Below are positions 49,283-59,073 of a DNA stretch of 64,000 bases, in pieces (the stretch's first letter is position 1; each line of letters opens with the position of its first letter). Below the pieces are notes generated by a model, which was not told where the DNA came from, ran no database searches, and saw only the letters and a program-made list of their open reading frames with translations. The stretch comes from Lachnospiraceae bacterium (lineage in GTDB: Bacteria > Bacillota > Clostridia > Lachnospirales > Lachnospiraceae), in contig JAFLTF010000004.1 in assembly GCA_022510585.1 (NCBI GenBank), positions 508 to 64,507 on the forward strand, read 5' to 3'. Both the position numbers and the translations under genes were made by a program.

Positions 49283-49305
49283 CTAAATTTCCATGCCTTT
49301 CCTGG

Positions 49306-50103
49306 TTATATTTCAATCATCTGGGATACTTCGCTTCTTTTCGCTACATAAATAGGAAAATCATCATCCCGATATCCCGCATCCGACATCATGATCTCTA
49401 CCTTGACCGTCTCATAGGCAAGCTCCGGAAGATTGTTTTCTTTGCTTAAGTGCCCCAGTACAACCGCCTGTATATGATCATTCAACAATTTCCCCAACAG
49501 TTTCCCGCAGGATTCATTGGACAAATGTCCTCTGTCACTTAATATACGCTGTTTTAAATAATAAGGATAAGGCCCTACCTGAAGCATATTGATATCATGA
49601 TTTGCTTCCAGATAGAGAACATCCAAATCCTGCATACAGGCTATCGTATAGTCATTATAACAACCCAAATCCGTAAGAATGCCTATCTTCTTCTTATCAT
49701 GACTGATTCTGTATGCCACCGGTTCTACCGCATCATGGGATATCCGCATGGGATATAAGGCAATATCCTTTATCATGCACTTTTCATCGGGTATGATACA
49801 ATGAAAAAGGGAATCGTCCATGTATCCCAGAGAGGCAGTCTGTCTGATTGCATCTATCGTTCCTCTTGTTCCATAGATTGGAATCCCGTATCTTCTTGCA
49901 AGAACTCCCAGCCCACTGATATGATCCACATGTTCATGGGTAACAAAAATGCCGTCTATCTCTGATAATTTTAATCCAAGCCCGGCAACTCCTGCTTCTA
50001 TCCGCTTACCGCTGATACCTGCATCAATTAAAAGATGGGTTGCATCTGAATCTACATAGATGCAATTTCCGCTGCTGCCGCTGGCTATACTGCATAATCT
50101 CAT
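49306..50103 (-). CDS. MBL-fold metallohydrolase (YycJ/WalJ-like)
   Basis: ASGSSGN, THEHVDH, SHDA, LEANHD, GHLSN, HLSKENN. Confidence 0.9.
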   Translation of the reverse strand: MRLCSIASGSSGNCIYVDSDATHLLIDAGISGKRIEAGVAGLGLKLSEIDGIFVTHEHVDHISGLGVLARRYGIPIYGTRGTIDAIRQTASLGYMDDSLFHCIIPDEKCMIKDIALYPMRISHDAVEPVAYRISHDKKKIGILTDLGCYNDYTIACMQDLDVLYLEANHDINMLQVGPYPYYLKQRILSDRGHLSNESCGKLLGKLLNDHIQAVVLGHLSKENNLPELAYETVKVEIMMSDAGYRDDDFPIYVAKRSEVSQMIEI

Positions 50104-50110
50104 AAGTATT

Positions 50111-52432
50111 TTAGTCTTTCCAATAAATTTTTATCACATCGCCGCTTTGAATCGGCTCCATATATTGTGCGTCTCTTCCGTTTAACTCTGTAGCGACACC
50201 GCTTCCCTGCGGCATTGATAAATCGAAGTCTATGTAATCGAAAACATCCACAAAAACATATTCTGCCTTTCCTTCCAGACGAATCTGTTTGTCGTTGACG
50301 GTGACCAGAACAGATCTTTTAATATTGCCGTTTGTTTTCGCAAAAGCCTCCTGATTCTGCGTATTGATTTTGCCGATATCCGCCGGATCAATATCCAGCT
50401 CCTTGGAATCCGCGGCGGTCCGGGATCTATCTGTGCCTGTCTGACTTGCTGCAGATCCATCTGCTGCCTGTGTTCCATCTGCTTCGCCTGCATTTGCTCC
50501 CGATCCTGCTTCTGCTGTACCGGATGCATTTGGCATTTCTTCGTCAATCTCTTCGATTTGCGGTCTTTCTACATTGCGCTCTTCACTTTTTACATAGCTG
50601 CCGTCATCCTCCGGTAAGTTTGCGTAAGTATCCGCTGCGCCGGTTCCGTAAATATCCCTGTCGGACAACTGCAGCTCTTCCATTGTCCAGATAACGGAAA
50701 AGTTCTCATATACTTTGGTGTCCATATCAGCAAGTTTATTATTTACATAGATATTCAAATCCTGATTGATAATGACATCCATAAACTCGGCAATCTGTCT
50801 GACTGTATAAAATTTTATGAATTCAATGGAATCATTGTCCTGAATACTGTAATAACCCGATTGCAGCTGTCCGTTTACCATAGCAAACTCCGGCAGCTCA
50901 ATCTTTGTCTCATTGACTTCAACCCACATGGTTGCACCATATTCCGGAAGCTGGTTAATATCAAGTGCGGCAGGCTCACCTGCAGTCGATTCCGTGACTT
51001 TGATCTGATCGTTTGCATGAATCGGCGTATGGATATCAGCTTCATTTCCGTTGACTTTGATCACGGCAGCTTCCCCAAGCGCCCCTCTGGCGATACGCTG
51101 CTTACCGTTTACAGTATAATTCAAGGCCTTACCACGTTTCGGAAATAATCCATCATTGGCAAACTCAGCCTGCATAGCGGCGTCCACTACTGCCAGCTTA
51201 TTATTATCATACAACTTAATTCTCTGATCATTAAAATAGACAAACACAAAATTGTTACTCTGCTCATAAAAACTCAGGCAGATGCCAATCGGCGTTACCA
51301 TCAGTGAATCTTTTCTCGCATCCTCTTCATAAAATGTAATTTGCTGCATAACCTCTTCGCCACGGATCGCAACTCTTTCATTCTGAATCTCCAGTTCCTT
51401 CGCAAGAGCGTCTGTATAACCTTCCAGCCTGCCGCCGCCGCCCACAACAAAAACAGCGCTGACCGATTTATCACCGTTTAACTCTTTAATCTTATCGGAA
51501 ACCTGCTTCGCCATATCCTGAAGCACAGGCGCCGTCACTTCCAAAACCTTTTCTCTGGAAATGGACTGGGACAGTCCCATGATGTCTTTATATTCAATAC
51601 TTTCTTTTTCTGCTACTCCCCTTTTAATGGATTCTGCTGTTTTAAAGTCTACCAGACAATGTCTGGCAATGACTTCTGTCAGGGAATCCCCTGCAATGGG
51701 AATCATGCCGTAAGCAACAATGCTGCCGTCTTTGGTGATGGAAATATCAGATGTTCCTGCACCCACATCCACTAAAGCAATGTTCAGCATACGATAGGTT
51801 TCCGGTATTGCCACCTGAATCGCCGCTATCGGCTCCAAAGTCAGATTCACTACTTCCAAGCCGGCCAGACCTACTGCCTTATATAAACCATCGACTACAT
51901 CATCCGGCAGAAAGGTCGCAATAATATCTTCTCCGATTACCTGGGCCTTATGTCCTTCCAGACTCTTAGTGCGATAACGATTTAAATAGTAACGCACAAC
52001 GGAATAACCGACACAATAAAACTTTAAGTCAGTATTGTCGTTTTTCAAAAATTCCTCGTAAGCTTTCTCAACTCCCATAGAATCAAGTGCATAGATATCC
52101 TCTCCATCCACTTCTTTATCGCCGGAAAACTCATATTCCACATGGGTCGTGGTAGTGCGCAGTACACGCCCGGCTGCCGCAATACAGACTTCCGTGAGCT
52201 TCCTTCCGGTTTTTTCTTCCAGACAGATCTTTACTTCGTTGATCGTGGAACCAACCTTATGAATATCATGAATCTGTCCATCCAGCATCGCACGCGTCTC
52301 ATGCTCCCTGATACACTGCGCGACTACATGAAACCGTTCTCCGGTTTTATAACCCACTGTTCCTACGATACTTCTTGTTCCTATATCCAGACCAAAAACC
52401 AATTGCCCCGGAATTTTCATCATCTCTGACAC
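50111..52432 (-). CDS. FtsA-like actin-fold ATPase with long C-terminal extension
   Basis: FGLDIGTRSIVG, DGQIHDI, LTLEPIAA, VDVGAGTSDI, VVGGG. Confidence 0.85.
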   Translation of the reverse strand: MSEMMKIPGQLVFGLDIGTRSIVGTVGYKTGERFHVVAQCIREHETRAMLDGQIHDIHKVGSTINEVKICLEEKTGRKLTEVCIAAAGRVLRTTTTHVEYEFSGDKEVDGEDIYALDSMGVEKAYEEFLKNDNTDLKFYCVGYSVVRYYLNRYRTKSLEGHKAQVIGEDIIATFLPDDVVDGLYKAVGLAGLEVVNLTLEPIAAIQVAIPETYRMLNIALVDVGAGTSDISITKDGSIVAYGMIPIAGDSLTEVIARHCLVDFKTAESIKRGVAEKESIEYKDIMGLSQSISREKVLEVTAPVLQDMAKQVSDKIKELNGDKSVSAVFVVGGGGRLEGYTDALAKELEIQNERVAIRGEEVMQQITFYEEDARKDSLMVTPIGICLSFYEQSNNFVFVYFNDQRIKLYDNNKLAVVDAAMQAEFANDGLFPKRGKALNYTVNGKQRIARGALGEAAVIKVNGNEADIHTPIHANDQIKVTESTAGEPAALDINQLPEYGATMWVEVNETKIELPEFAMVNGQLQSGYYSIQDNDSIEFIKFYTVRQIAEFMDVIINQDLNIYVNNKLADMDTKVYENFSVIWTMEELQLSDRDIYGTGAADTYANLPEDDGSYVKSEERNVERPQIEEIDEEMPNASGTAEAGSGANAGEADGTQAADGSAASQTGTDRSRTAADSKELDIDPADIGKINTQNQEAFAKTNGNIKRSVLVTVNDKQIRLEGKAEYVFVDVFDYIDFDLSMPQGSGVATELNGRDAQYMEPIQSGDVIKIYWKD

Positions 52433-53025
52433 AGATATTCCTCCAATTTCTTATCAACCTGTTTGCAGGTGTCTGCAAAACTTCCGTTATTATCAATTAC
52501 AACATTGCAATGCTGCCTAAACTCTTCTTCCGATAACTGCTCTCTTAAAATCCGATCTATTTTATCATTTGAATAAGCTCTTGTTTCTTTCAGTCTGCTT
52601 CGCCTGAGATCAGATTGTGAGTAGATATACCAGAGCTCATCCACAATCTGTTCATATCCGTCCTCTATCAAAAGTGCAGCTTCCACAAAAAGAAAATCTT
52701 TTTTTCCTTCTGCCTTACAATCCGTTATCTCCTTCAAAATAAAGTCCTTTACCGCCGGATGTATGATATGATTTACTTGATTCAAAACATCTTTATTCGA
52801 AAATATTTTTTCTGCCATCCTGGATCTATCTATCGCACCATCAGCAGTCAAAATTTCTTTGCCGAGCAATTTGACCAATTCTTCGTAACAATGCTCTCCC
52901 GGCTCCTTCACCTGATGCGCCACCTGATCCGCTATGATCACCTGACAGTTATAATGCTCTTTGATATATGACAGAAGCGCGGATTTCCCGGTGCCAACAC
53001 CACCTGTAATTCCAATTGTTTTCAT
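52420..53025 (-). CDS. coaE: Dephospho-CoA kinase
   Basis: IGITGGVGTGKS, IIHPAV, EAALLIE; follows polA; start at MKTIG. Confidence 0.93.
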   Translation of the reverse strand: MKTIGITGGVGTGKSALLSYIKEHYNCQVIIADQVAHQVKEPGEHCYEELVKLLGKEILTADGAIDRSRMAEKIFSNKDVLNQVNHIIHPAVKDFILKEITDCKAEGKKDFLFVEAALLIEDGYEQIVDELWYIYSQSDLRRSRLKETRAYSNDKIDRILREQLSEEEFRQHCNVVIDNNGSFADTCKQVDKKLEEYLCQR

Positions 53026-53035
53026 TTTCCTCTTC

Positions 53036-55750
53036 CTACTTCGCATCATACCAGGTCATTCCCGTATGCAAATCGATTTCCAGCGCAACCGATAGTTTGG
53101 CCGCCTCCCTCATCTCTTCCGACAAGATATCCCTCACCCGTTCTTCTTCCGGAGCATAGGTTTCTATCAGCAATTCATCATGGACCTGCAAGATCAGGCG
53201 GGATTTTAAACCCTCTTTTTTCATTCTTGCCCACACATGAATCATGGCAAGTTTGATAATATCCGCCGCCGTTCCTTGTATCGGAGAATTCATAGCGACC
53301 CTCTCTCCAAAAGAACGCTGCATAAAATTACCGGAGGACAGCTCCGGAATAGGTCTTCTTCTGCCAAACATGGTTGTTACATAACCCTGTGCCTTCGCAT
53401 CTGCAACCAGTCTGTCCAGAAAGACCTTGATCCCCGGATAAGTGGCAAAATACTGCTCTATATATTCAGCCGCTTCTTTTCTGGAAATGCTAAGATCCTG
53501 ACTCAGTCCGAAAGAACTGATCCCGTATACAATGCCGAAATTGACAGCCTTCGCATTCCTTCTCTGTAAATCCGTCACCTCATCAAAAGGTGTATGAAAG
53601 ACTTTGGAGGCCGTGATCCTATGAATATCCTGATCCGTCTGATAAGCTTCTATCAACTGCTTATCATCCGACATATGCGCTAAAACTCGAAGTTCAATCT
53701 GAGAATAATCAGCATCCATAAACAAACAGCCGTCTTTTGGAACAAATACTTTACGAATCTGCCTTCCCAGTTCCATCCGTATCGGAATATTCTGCAGGTT
53801 AGGTTCTGTGGAGCTGATTCTTCCGGTTGCCGTAATTGTTTGATTAAATGTAGAATGAATCCGGCTGCCCGCATCAATATAAGCGGTCAGACCGTCTGCG
53901 TAGGTAGATTTTAACTTCGTCAGACCTCTATATTCCAAAATATCCGAAACAATCGGATGATCGGGAGCCAGTTTTTCCAGAATATCCGCTGCGGTAGAAT
54001 AACCGGTCTTGGTTTTCTTACCGCCTGCTATACCCATCTTTTCAAAGAGAACTTCTCCTAATTGTTTGGGAGAATTGATATTAAACTGCATGCCTGCCTG
54101 TTCACAGATGGACTTCTCTAACTGTTCAATCCGGCCTGTAAGTGCCTCTCCGTAAGCTTTGAGTTCATCCGGACGAACCATAATGCCGTATAATTCCATC
54201 TCATATAAAACTTTCGTCAAAGGCATCTCGATCTCATATAACAGTGCAAGCATTCCCTGTTCTTCTAATTTCGTTCGAAGCACCTGCGCTGCCATCAGGC
54301 AGACATAGGCTTGAAAACAGGCAAATTCCTGAAAATCCTGAGGTTTTTCTTCCAAGGTCTGTACAAAAGAAGCTTTCCCGCAAACCTGTTTTCTGTCAGG
54401 AATCAGTAAGTTCAAATACTCTCCCGCAATCGCTTCCGCATCATAATCATTTTTCAATGGATTTAGCAGATAAGCCGCCAAAAGAATATCAAAGTATTTC
54501 CTATCCTCAAATACCTCCATCACATCCGTACCGGCTGTGTCTTCAGGCTGTTTGTTTTCTATCATATCATACATTTGCTTGATATCGCAGACGCTAAGTT
54601 TACATAACTTGTTTGTGTTCAGTTCTGCCAGTTTTGACGACAAATATTGTTTTGTGATAAATCCCTGACACGGGATAAAATAAATCTCTTTTTCAAAAAG
54701 CGCAAGCGAAATGCCTACACACTCCTCCTCTGCTTTTCCATCCCGCAGGATAGAAAGACCTATTTCGAATCCGGATTTCGACTCATTACATAAGTTTTCT
54801 GCTTTGGAAAAAACCGCTTCGATTTCCGTAAGTTCCGATAAGGTTCTAAAAAACTCTGTCTGAGAATTGGTGACAATGGCATCCTTCTCAAAACGGCTTA
54901 ACAGATTTTTGAATTCAAGTTGTTTACATAATATATAGGCTTCTTCCGTGTAAAAATTCCCTACTTTGGCATTTTTAAAGGAAAAATCAATATCACTGTT
55001 TACATTGATTGTCGCCAATACCTTGCTCATATCAGCAAGGTCTTTATGTTCGATCAAAGATTCCCTGACAGCTTTCTTCGTAACCTCATCTACTTTTGCA
55101 TAGATATTTTCCAAAGAGCCAAACTGTACCATTAGCTCCGTAGCGGTTTTTTCCCCCACTTTCGGCACGCCCGGAATATTATCAGAAGTATCACCCATAA
55201 GCGCCTTTAAATCAATAAATTGCTCAGGCGATACCTGATATTTTGCCTTGACATCTTCGGCATAATAATCCTCTACTTCGGTCCTGCCGCCTCTGGTCTT
55301 AGGAATGCGGATTTTGATATGCTTCGTGGCAATCTGTAAAAGATCTCTGTCGCCGGAAACCAATGCCACCTCCATTCCCTCTTTTTCAGCGCGTTTCGCC
55401 AAAGTGCCAAGAATATCATCCGCCTCAAGGCCTGCCTGCTCCATAATGCAGATTCCCATTGCCTCAAGAAGCTTTTTCATCACCGGAACCTGCTCCCGCA
55501 GTTCCTCCGGCATCGGTTTTCTGGTGCCTTTATATTCCGGATAGATTTTATGCCGGAACGTAGGCGCATGTACATCAAATGCCACCGCCAAATATTCCGG
55601 TTTTTCTTCCTCCAGAATTTTAAACATAATATTTAAGAAGCCATAAACAGCATTTGTATGAAGTCCCTGACTGTTAGATAAGTCCGGCACACCGTAAAAA
55701 GCTCTGTTCAAGATACTGTGTCCGTCTATCAAAACCATCTTCTGACTCAT
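53036..55750 (-). CDS. polA: DNA polymerase I
   Basis: LIDGHS..RAFY, GDTSDNIPGVP.VGEKTA, TGRISS.EPNLQNIP, DYSQIELR, KAVNFGIVYG, QVHDEL. Confidence 0.97.
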   Translation of the reverse strand: MSQKMVLIDGHSILNRAFYGVPDLSNSQGLHTNAVYGFLNIMFKILEEEKPEYLAVAFDVHAPTFRHKIYPEYKGTRKPMPEELREQVPVMKKLLEAMGICIMEQAGLEADDILGTLAKRAEKEGMEVALVSGDRDLLQIATKHIKIRIPKTRGGRTEVEDYYAEDVKAKYQVSPEQFIDLKALMGDTSDNIPGVPKVGEKTATELMVQFGSLENIYAKVDEVTKKAVRESLIEHKDLADMSKVLATINVNSDIDFSFKNAKVGNFYTEEAYILCKQLEFKNLLSRFEKDAIVTNSQTEFFRTLSELTEIEAVFSKAENLCNESKSGFEIGLSILRDGKAEEECVGISLALFEKEIYFIPCQGFITKQYLSSKLAELNTNKLCKLSVCDIKQMYDMIENKQPEDTAGTDVMEVFEDRKYFDILLAAYLLNPLKNDYDAEAIAGEYLNLLIPDRKQVCGKASFVQTLEEKPQDFQEFACFQAYVCLMAAQVLRTKLEEQGMLALLYEIEMPLTKVLYEMELYGIMVRPDELKAYGEALTGRIEQLEKSICEQAGMQFNINSPKQLGEVLFEKMGIAGGKKTKTGYSTAADILEKLAPDHPIVSDILEYRGLTKLKSTYADGLTAYIDAGSRIHSTFNQTITATGRISSTEPNLQNIPIRMELGRQIRKVFVPKDGCLFMDADYSQIELRVLAHMSDDKQLIEAYQTDQDIHRITASKVFHTPFDEVTDLQRRNAKAVNFGIVYGISSFGLSQDLSISRKEAAEYIEQYFATYPGIKVFLDRLVADAKAQGYVTTMFGRRRPIPELSSGNFMQRSFGERVAMNSPIQGTAADIIKLAMIHVWARMKKEGLKSRLILQVHDELLIETYAPEEERVRDILSEEMREAAKLSVALEIDLHTGMTWYDAK

Positions 55751-55768
55751 GATACCATTCCCCTTTCA

Positions 55769-56086
55769 TCAAAATACGATGATGAGCGCTGCCAAAATAG
55801 CAATTGCAACCGCAGCTTCCAAACAAAACAGGGTATATTTTAATCCTTTGTGTACTTTGATCTCATACTTGGCATTTCCCAGCCTTTCATGCAAAGCATG
55901 CTGTAGATTAAAATTATTGCCCGCTTCCAGCTGTTCCAAACCTTCCGATACCAAAAATTGAATGGTGAGTTCTTCCGTACACTCCGGACATGCGCCTATA
56001 TGTTCAATGAATTGTTTCAGAGTTTCACTATCCATATCATCCTGTAAAAACGCAGGAACCAGTTTTTCTGCTTCTTTGCAATTCAT
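55769..56086 (-). CDS. zf-HC2 (anti-sigma-like zinc finger) membrane protein
   Basis: MNC....HIGACPEC (HxxxCxxC) and a C-terminal TM helix. Confidence 0.85.
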   Translation of the reverse strand: MNCKEAEKLVPAFLQDDMDSETLKQFIEHIGACPECTEELTIQFLVSEGLEQLEAGNNFNLQHALHERLGNAKYEIKVHKGLKYTLFCLEAAVAIAILAALIIVF

Positions 56087-56144
56087 AACTATTGCACTGC
56101 CCCCTTTTTAACCTGCGAATTTCAGATAAAACCATACATGGTCT

Positions 56145-56173
56145 ATTATATACCATAACGATACCCTTTGCAA
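56145..56173 (-). promoter_or_regulatory. Sigma-A promoter for the zf-HC2/polA run
   Basis: Minus strand TTGCAA-17 nt-TATAAT. Confidence 0.65.
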
Positions 56174-56241
56174 ACTACCAAAGTGAATAATTTTCCCGGA
56201 AGAATTTTAACGGAATATTTGAAATTTTGTTTTGAAATGAC

Positions 56242-56270
56242 TTGCCAACCTTTGGCAGTTATGATAATAT
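56242..56270 (+). promoter_or_regulatory. Sigma-A promoter of tRNA-Leu
   Basis: TTGCCA-17 nt-TAATAT with extended -10 TG, 20 nt before the tRNA. Confidence 0.55.
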
Positions 56271-56290
56271 ATAACTCGGTTGTTAGAAAT

Positions 56291-56373
56291 GCCGGCGTGT
56301 CGGAATGGCAGACGAGGCAGACTCAAAATCTGTTGTGGGCAACCACGTGTGGGTTCAAGTCCCACCGCCGGCA
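56291..56373 (+). tRNA. tRNA-Leu(CAA), CCA not encoded
   Basis: Acceptor stem GCCGGCG/CGCCGGC, D-loop GGAATGGCAGAC, anticodon arm GCAGA-CTCAAAA-TCTGT, long variable arm, GTGGG-TTCAAGT-CCCAC T arm, discriminator A. Confidence 0.96.
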
Positions 56374-56377
56374 TTTA

Positions 56378-56424
56378 AAAAGCGCGAAACAGAACTTAAA
56401 TAGTTACGGTTTTGCGCTTTTTTT
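56378..56424. terminator. Terminator after tRNA-Leu, probably bidirectional
   Basis: AAAAGCGCGAAAC...GTTTTGCGCTTTT followed by a T run. Confidence 0.75.
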
Positions 56425-56430
56425 CTATCC

Positions 56431-56949
56431 TTATTCCAGCTCCGGGATTCCCCACGTCTCATAGGATAAACGATAAATATTTTCTATTTTTTCCCGGTTT
56501 TCTTCATATAACCGCCTGTTTTCGGATGTATCATCCAATAAATTTCCATGTCTGTCAACCATAAACTGTGAAGCGACTCCGTTCGTTGATCCGGCTTCAA
56601 ACTCAATCAGCATGACCTCCATTTCATAACTGCTGATTCCACGAAGCCATATACATAGATTGACATAGGTTTCGGCAGGCTGATTTTCTTTCACTACGAA
56701 ATTCTCAGAAATGCTCAAATTTCCTGTAAAAGAAAGAAATGAAGGCTTGTGTACACTGTAGCTGTATCCGTCTTTTTCAGCGAATGTCCGCGAAGCGCCT
56801 ACCTCTTTACCAAGTGCCTTACAAAACGGCTCATACCGGGATGTTACGTTATCACTCCATACCGCACAATATACGAAAAAAAAGAGAATCAGAAGAAATA
56901 ATGGTATCTTCCATTTACCGATGGACATAAAATGCTCCTTATCATTCAA
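56431..56949 (-). CDS. Hypothetical membrane-anchored or exported protein
   Basis: Single N-terminal hydrophobic helix; start overlaps the lysA stop. Confidence 0.7.
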   Translation of the reverse strand: MNDKEHFMSIGKWKIPLFLLILFFFVYCAVWSDNVTSRYEPFCKALGKEVGASRTFAEKDGYSYSVHKPSFLSFTGNLSISENFVVKENQPAETYVNLCIWLRGISSYEMEVMLIEFEAGSTNGVASQFMVDRHGNLLDDTSENRRLYEENREKIENIYRLSYETWGIPELE

Positions 56950-58216
56950 ACTCTAACCGATCAAACACCTCGAAACAATCCAAGGTAGCAAAATAGTCTT
57001 TGGGAGTCTCTGCTCTCCTAATCAGCTGCACATTACCGTCCTCTTTTAAAAGCAGCTCTGCGGATCTTAGTTTACCGTTATAATTATATCCCATTGCATG
57101 TCCATGTGCACCCGTATCGTGAATTACAAGGTAATCACCTTTATCGATCTCCGGAAGCATCCTGTCGATTGCAAACTTATCATTATTTTCACATAGAGAA
57201 CCTGTAATATCATATTTATGAGTACAGGGCATCTCTTCCTTTCCCAATACCGTAATATGATGATAGGCACCGTACATGGCAGGACGCATCAGGTTGACCG
57301 CACAGGCATCTACCCCGATATAATCTTTGTAAGTATGTTTCTCGTGGATCGCCTTTGTTACCAGGGCGCCGTAAGGTCCCATCATGAAACGTCCCATTTC
57401 CGTATAGATAGCCACTTCACCCAAACCTGCGGGAACCAGAACTTCCTCATAAACCTTTCTTACACCTTCACCGATTGCCCTGATATCGTTGGGTTCCTGA
57501 TCCGGAGTATAGGGAATGCCGACACCGCCGGAAAGATTGATAAAGGCAATCTCCACATCTATTTTTTCTTTTAACTCTACTGCCAGTTCAAAAAGCTGCT
57601 TTGCAAGCTGCGGATAATATTCATTGGTTACGGTATTGCTGGCCAGAAAAGCATGAATCCCAAATCGTTTCACTCCCTTTTCTTTCATCATGCGAAAGCC
57701 TTCAAATAACTGCTCCGTGGTGAAACCGTATTTGGCATCCCCCGGGTTATCCATGATCCCGTTACTCATTTTAAAGACTCCGCCAGGATTATAGCGGCAG
57801 CTCATGGTCTCCGGCAGCTTTTCTAAGATTTCTTCCAGAAATTCAATGTGCGTAATGTCATCCAGGTTGATAACAGCACCCATTTTTGCGGCATATTCAT
57901 ATTCTTCTGCCGGCGTATCATTGGAAGAAAACATCACGTCCTGTCCACTCATTCCCAGAGCTTTGCTCAGCATCAGCTCTGTCATGGAAGAACAGTCACA
58001 ACCGCAGCCGTATTCCCGTAAAATATTGATTAAAAAAGGATTTGGTGTCGCTTTTACCGCAAAATACTCCTTAAATCCTTTATTCCATGCAAAGGCTTCC
58101 TTAACAGCCTGCGCATTCTCCCTGATGCCTTTTTCATCATAAATATGAAAAGGGGTTGGATATTCTTTTACGATTTCTTCTATTTTTTCTTTTGTTACAA
58201 ACGGTAATTTTTTCAT
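56942..58216 (-). CDS. lysA: Diaminopimelate decarboxylase
   Basis: PTPFHIYDE, YFAVKATPNP (PLP lysine), INLSGG, EMGR, RPAMYGAYH, GSLCENND, DTGAHG; start at MKKLPF. Confidence 0.92.
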   Translation of the reverse strand: MKKLPFVTKEKIEEIVKEYPTPFHIYDEKGIRENAQAVKEAFAWNKGFKEYFAVKATPNPFLINILREYGCGCDCSSMTELMLSKALGMSGQDVMFSSNDTPAEEYEYAAKMGAVINLDDITHIEFLEEILEKLPETMSCRYNPGGVFKMSNGIMDNPGDAKYGFTTEQLFEGFRMMKEKGVKRFGIHAFLASNTVTNEYYPQLAKQLFELAVELKEKIDVEIAFINLSGGVGIPYTPDQEPNDIRAIGEGVRKVYEEVLVPAGLGEVAIYTEMGRFMMGPYGALVTKAIHEKHTYKDYIGVDACAVNLMRPAMYGAYHHITVLGKEEMPCTHKYDITGSLCENNDKFAIDRMLPEIDKGDYLVIHDTGAHGHAMGYNYNGKLRSAELLLKEDGNVQLIRRAETPKDYFATLDCFEVFDRLEFE

Positions 58217-58306
58217 TGGTGTTTCCAGCTCCTTTCGTGTTTTCCTTATCATAACACTGCCAAAAAACATTTGTAAATATGATTATTTGAATATCAGTAA
58301 TTCGTT

Positions 58307-58990
58307 TTACGAATTTATATTCTCAATTTGCCAGTCAATTGGGGCAACTCCATTTTCCATTAGAAAAGCATTTGCCTGACTGAAGTGTTTACAGCCGAAA
58401 AAACCGCGATATGCTGATAAGGGACTGGGATGCGGTGCTTTTAATATCAGGTGTTTTGGATTTGTCAACATGGGGATCTTGCTCTGCGCCGGCCGCCCCC
58501 ATAGGAGATAGACAATCGGCCTGTCCTGTTCATTAACAGCGTGAATCACAGCATCCGTAAACTGCTCCCACCCTTTCCCCTGATGCGAGTTTGCCTGATG
58601 TGCACGGACCGTCAGTACTGTATTTAATAATAAAACGCCCTGATCCGCCCACTTTTTCAAATACCCGTTATTCGGAATATAGCATCCCAAATCATCGTGT
58701 AGTTCTTGATATATATTTTGCAAAGAAGGTGGAATCTCTTTTTGATCGGGAGGAACCGAAAAACTCATTCCATGTGCCTGATGCTCATTATGATAGGGAT
58801 CTTGTCCTAATAATAACACTTTTACATCTTTTAGCGGTGTCAGGTGAAAAGCATTAAAAATATCGTCCGCCGGAGGATAGACCACCACTTTGCTGTATTC
58901 TTCCTTAACAAACTGAAAAAGCTGCTTATAATATGGTTTTCGAAATTCTCCAGTCAGCGCCACGGACCAGTCATTAGTCAACATTGCCAT
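58307..58990 (-). CDS. ung: Uracil-DNA glycosylase
   Basis: GQDPYH, PPSLQNIY, VLLLN, LWG, HPSPLS. Confidence 0.97.
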   Translation of the reverse strand: MAMLTNDWSVALTGEFRKPYYKQLFQFVKEEYSKVVVYPPADDIFNAFHLTPLKDVKVLLLGQDPYHNEHQAHGMSFSVPPDQKEIPPSLQNIYQELHDDLGCYIPNNGYLKKWADQGVLLLNTVLTVRAHQANSHQGKGWEQFTDAVIHAVNEQDRPIVYLLWGRPAQSKIPMLTNPKHLILKAPHPSPLSAYRGFFGCKHFSQANAFLMENGVAPIDWQIENINS

Positions 58991-59021
58991 ATTACTTCCT
59001 CCTAATCGTTTCTACATTCTA

Positions 59022-59058
59022 ATAGGCGACCCAGATATTTCAGGGCAGGTCGCCTATC
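59022..59058 (-). terminator. Hairpin downstream of hisF (probable terminator or stabiliser)
   Basis: ATAGGCGACC...GGTCGCCTAT inverted repeat; weak U-tract. Confidence 0.5.
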
Positions 59059-59073
59059 ACAGTTCACTTATGA

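Noticed and set aside
56168-56464. 98-aa ORF across the tRNA
   Set aside because: Reads through the tRNA-Leu gene and its promoter and terminator; spurious
56291-56949. Integrative element at tRNA-Leu
   Set aside because: No integrase and no duplicated tRNA 3' end seen in the window; flanks are housekeeping genes
58217-58306. Lysine riboswitch upstream of lysA
   Set aside because: Only about 90 nt between ung and the lysA start, containing a promoter-like sequence; too short for the aptamer
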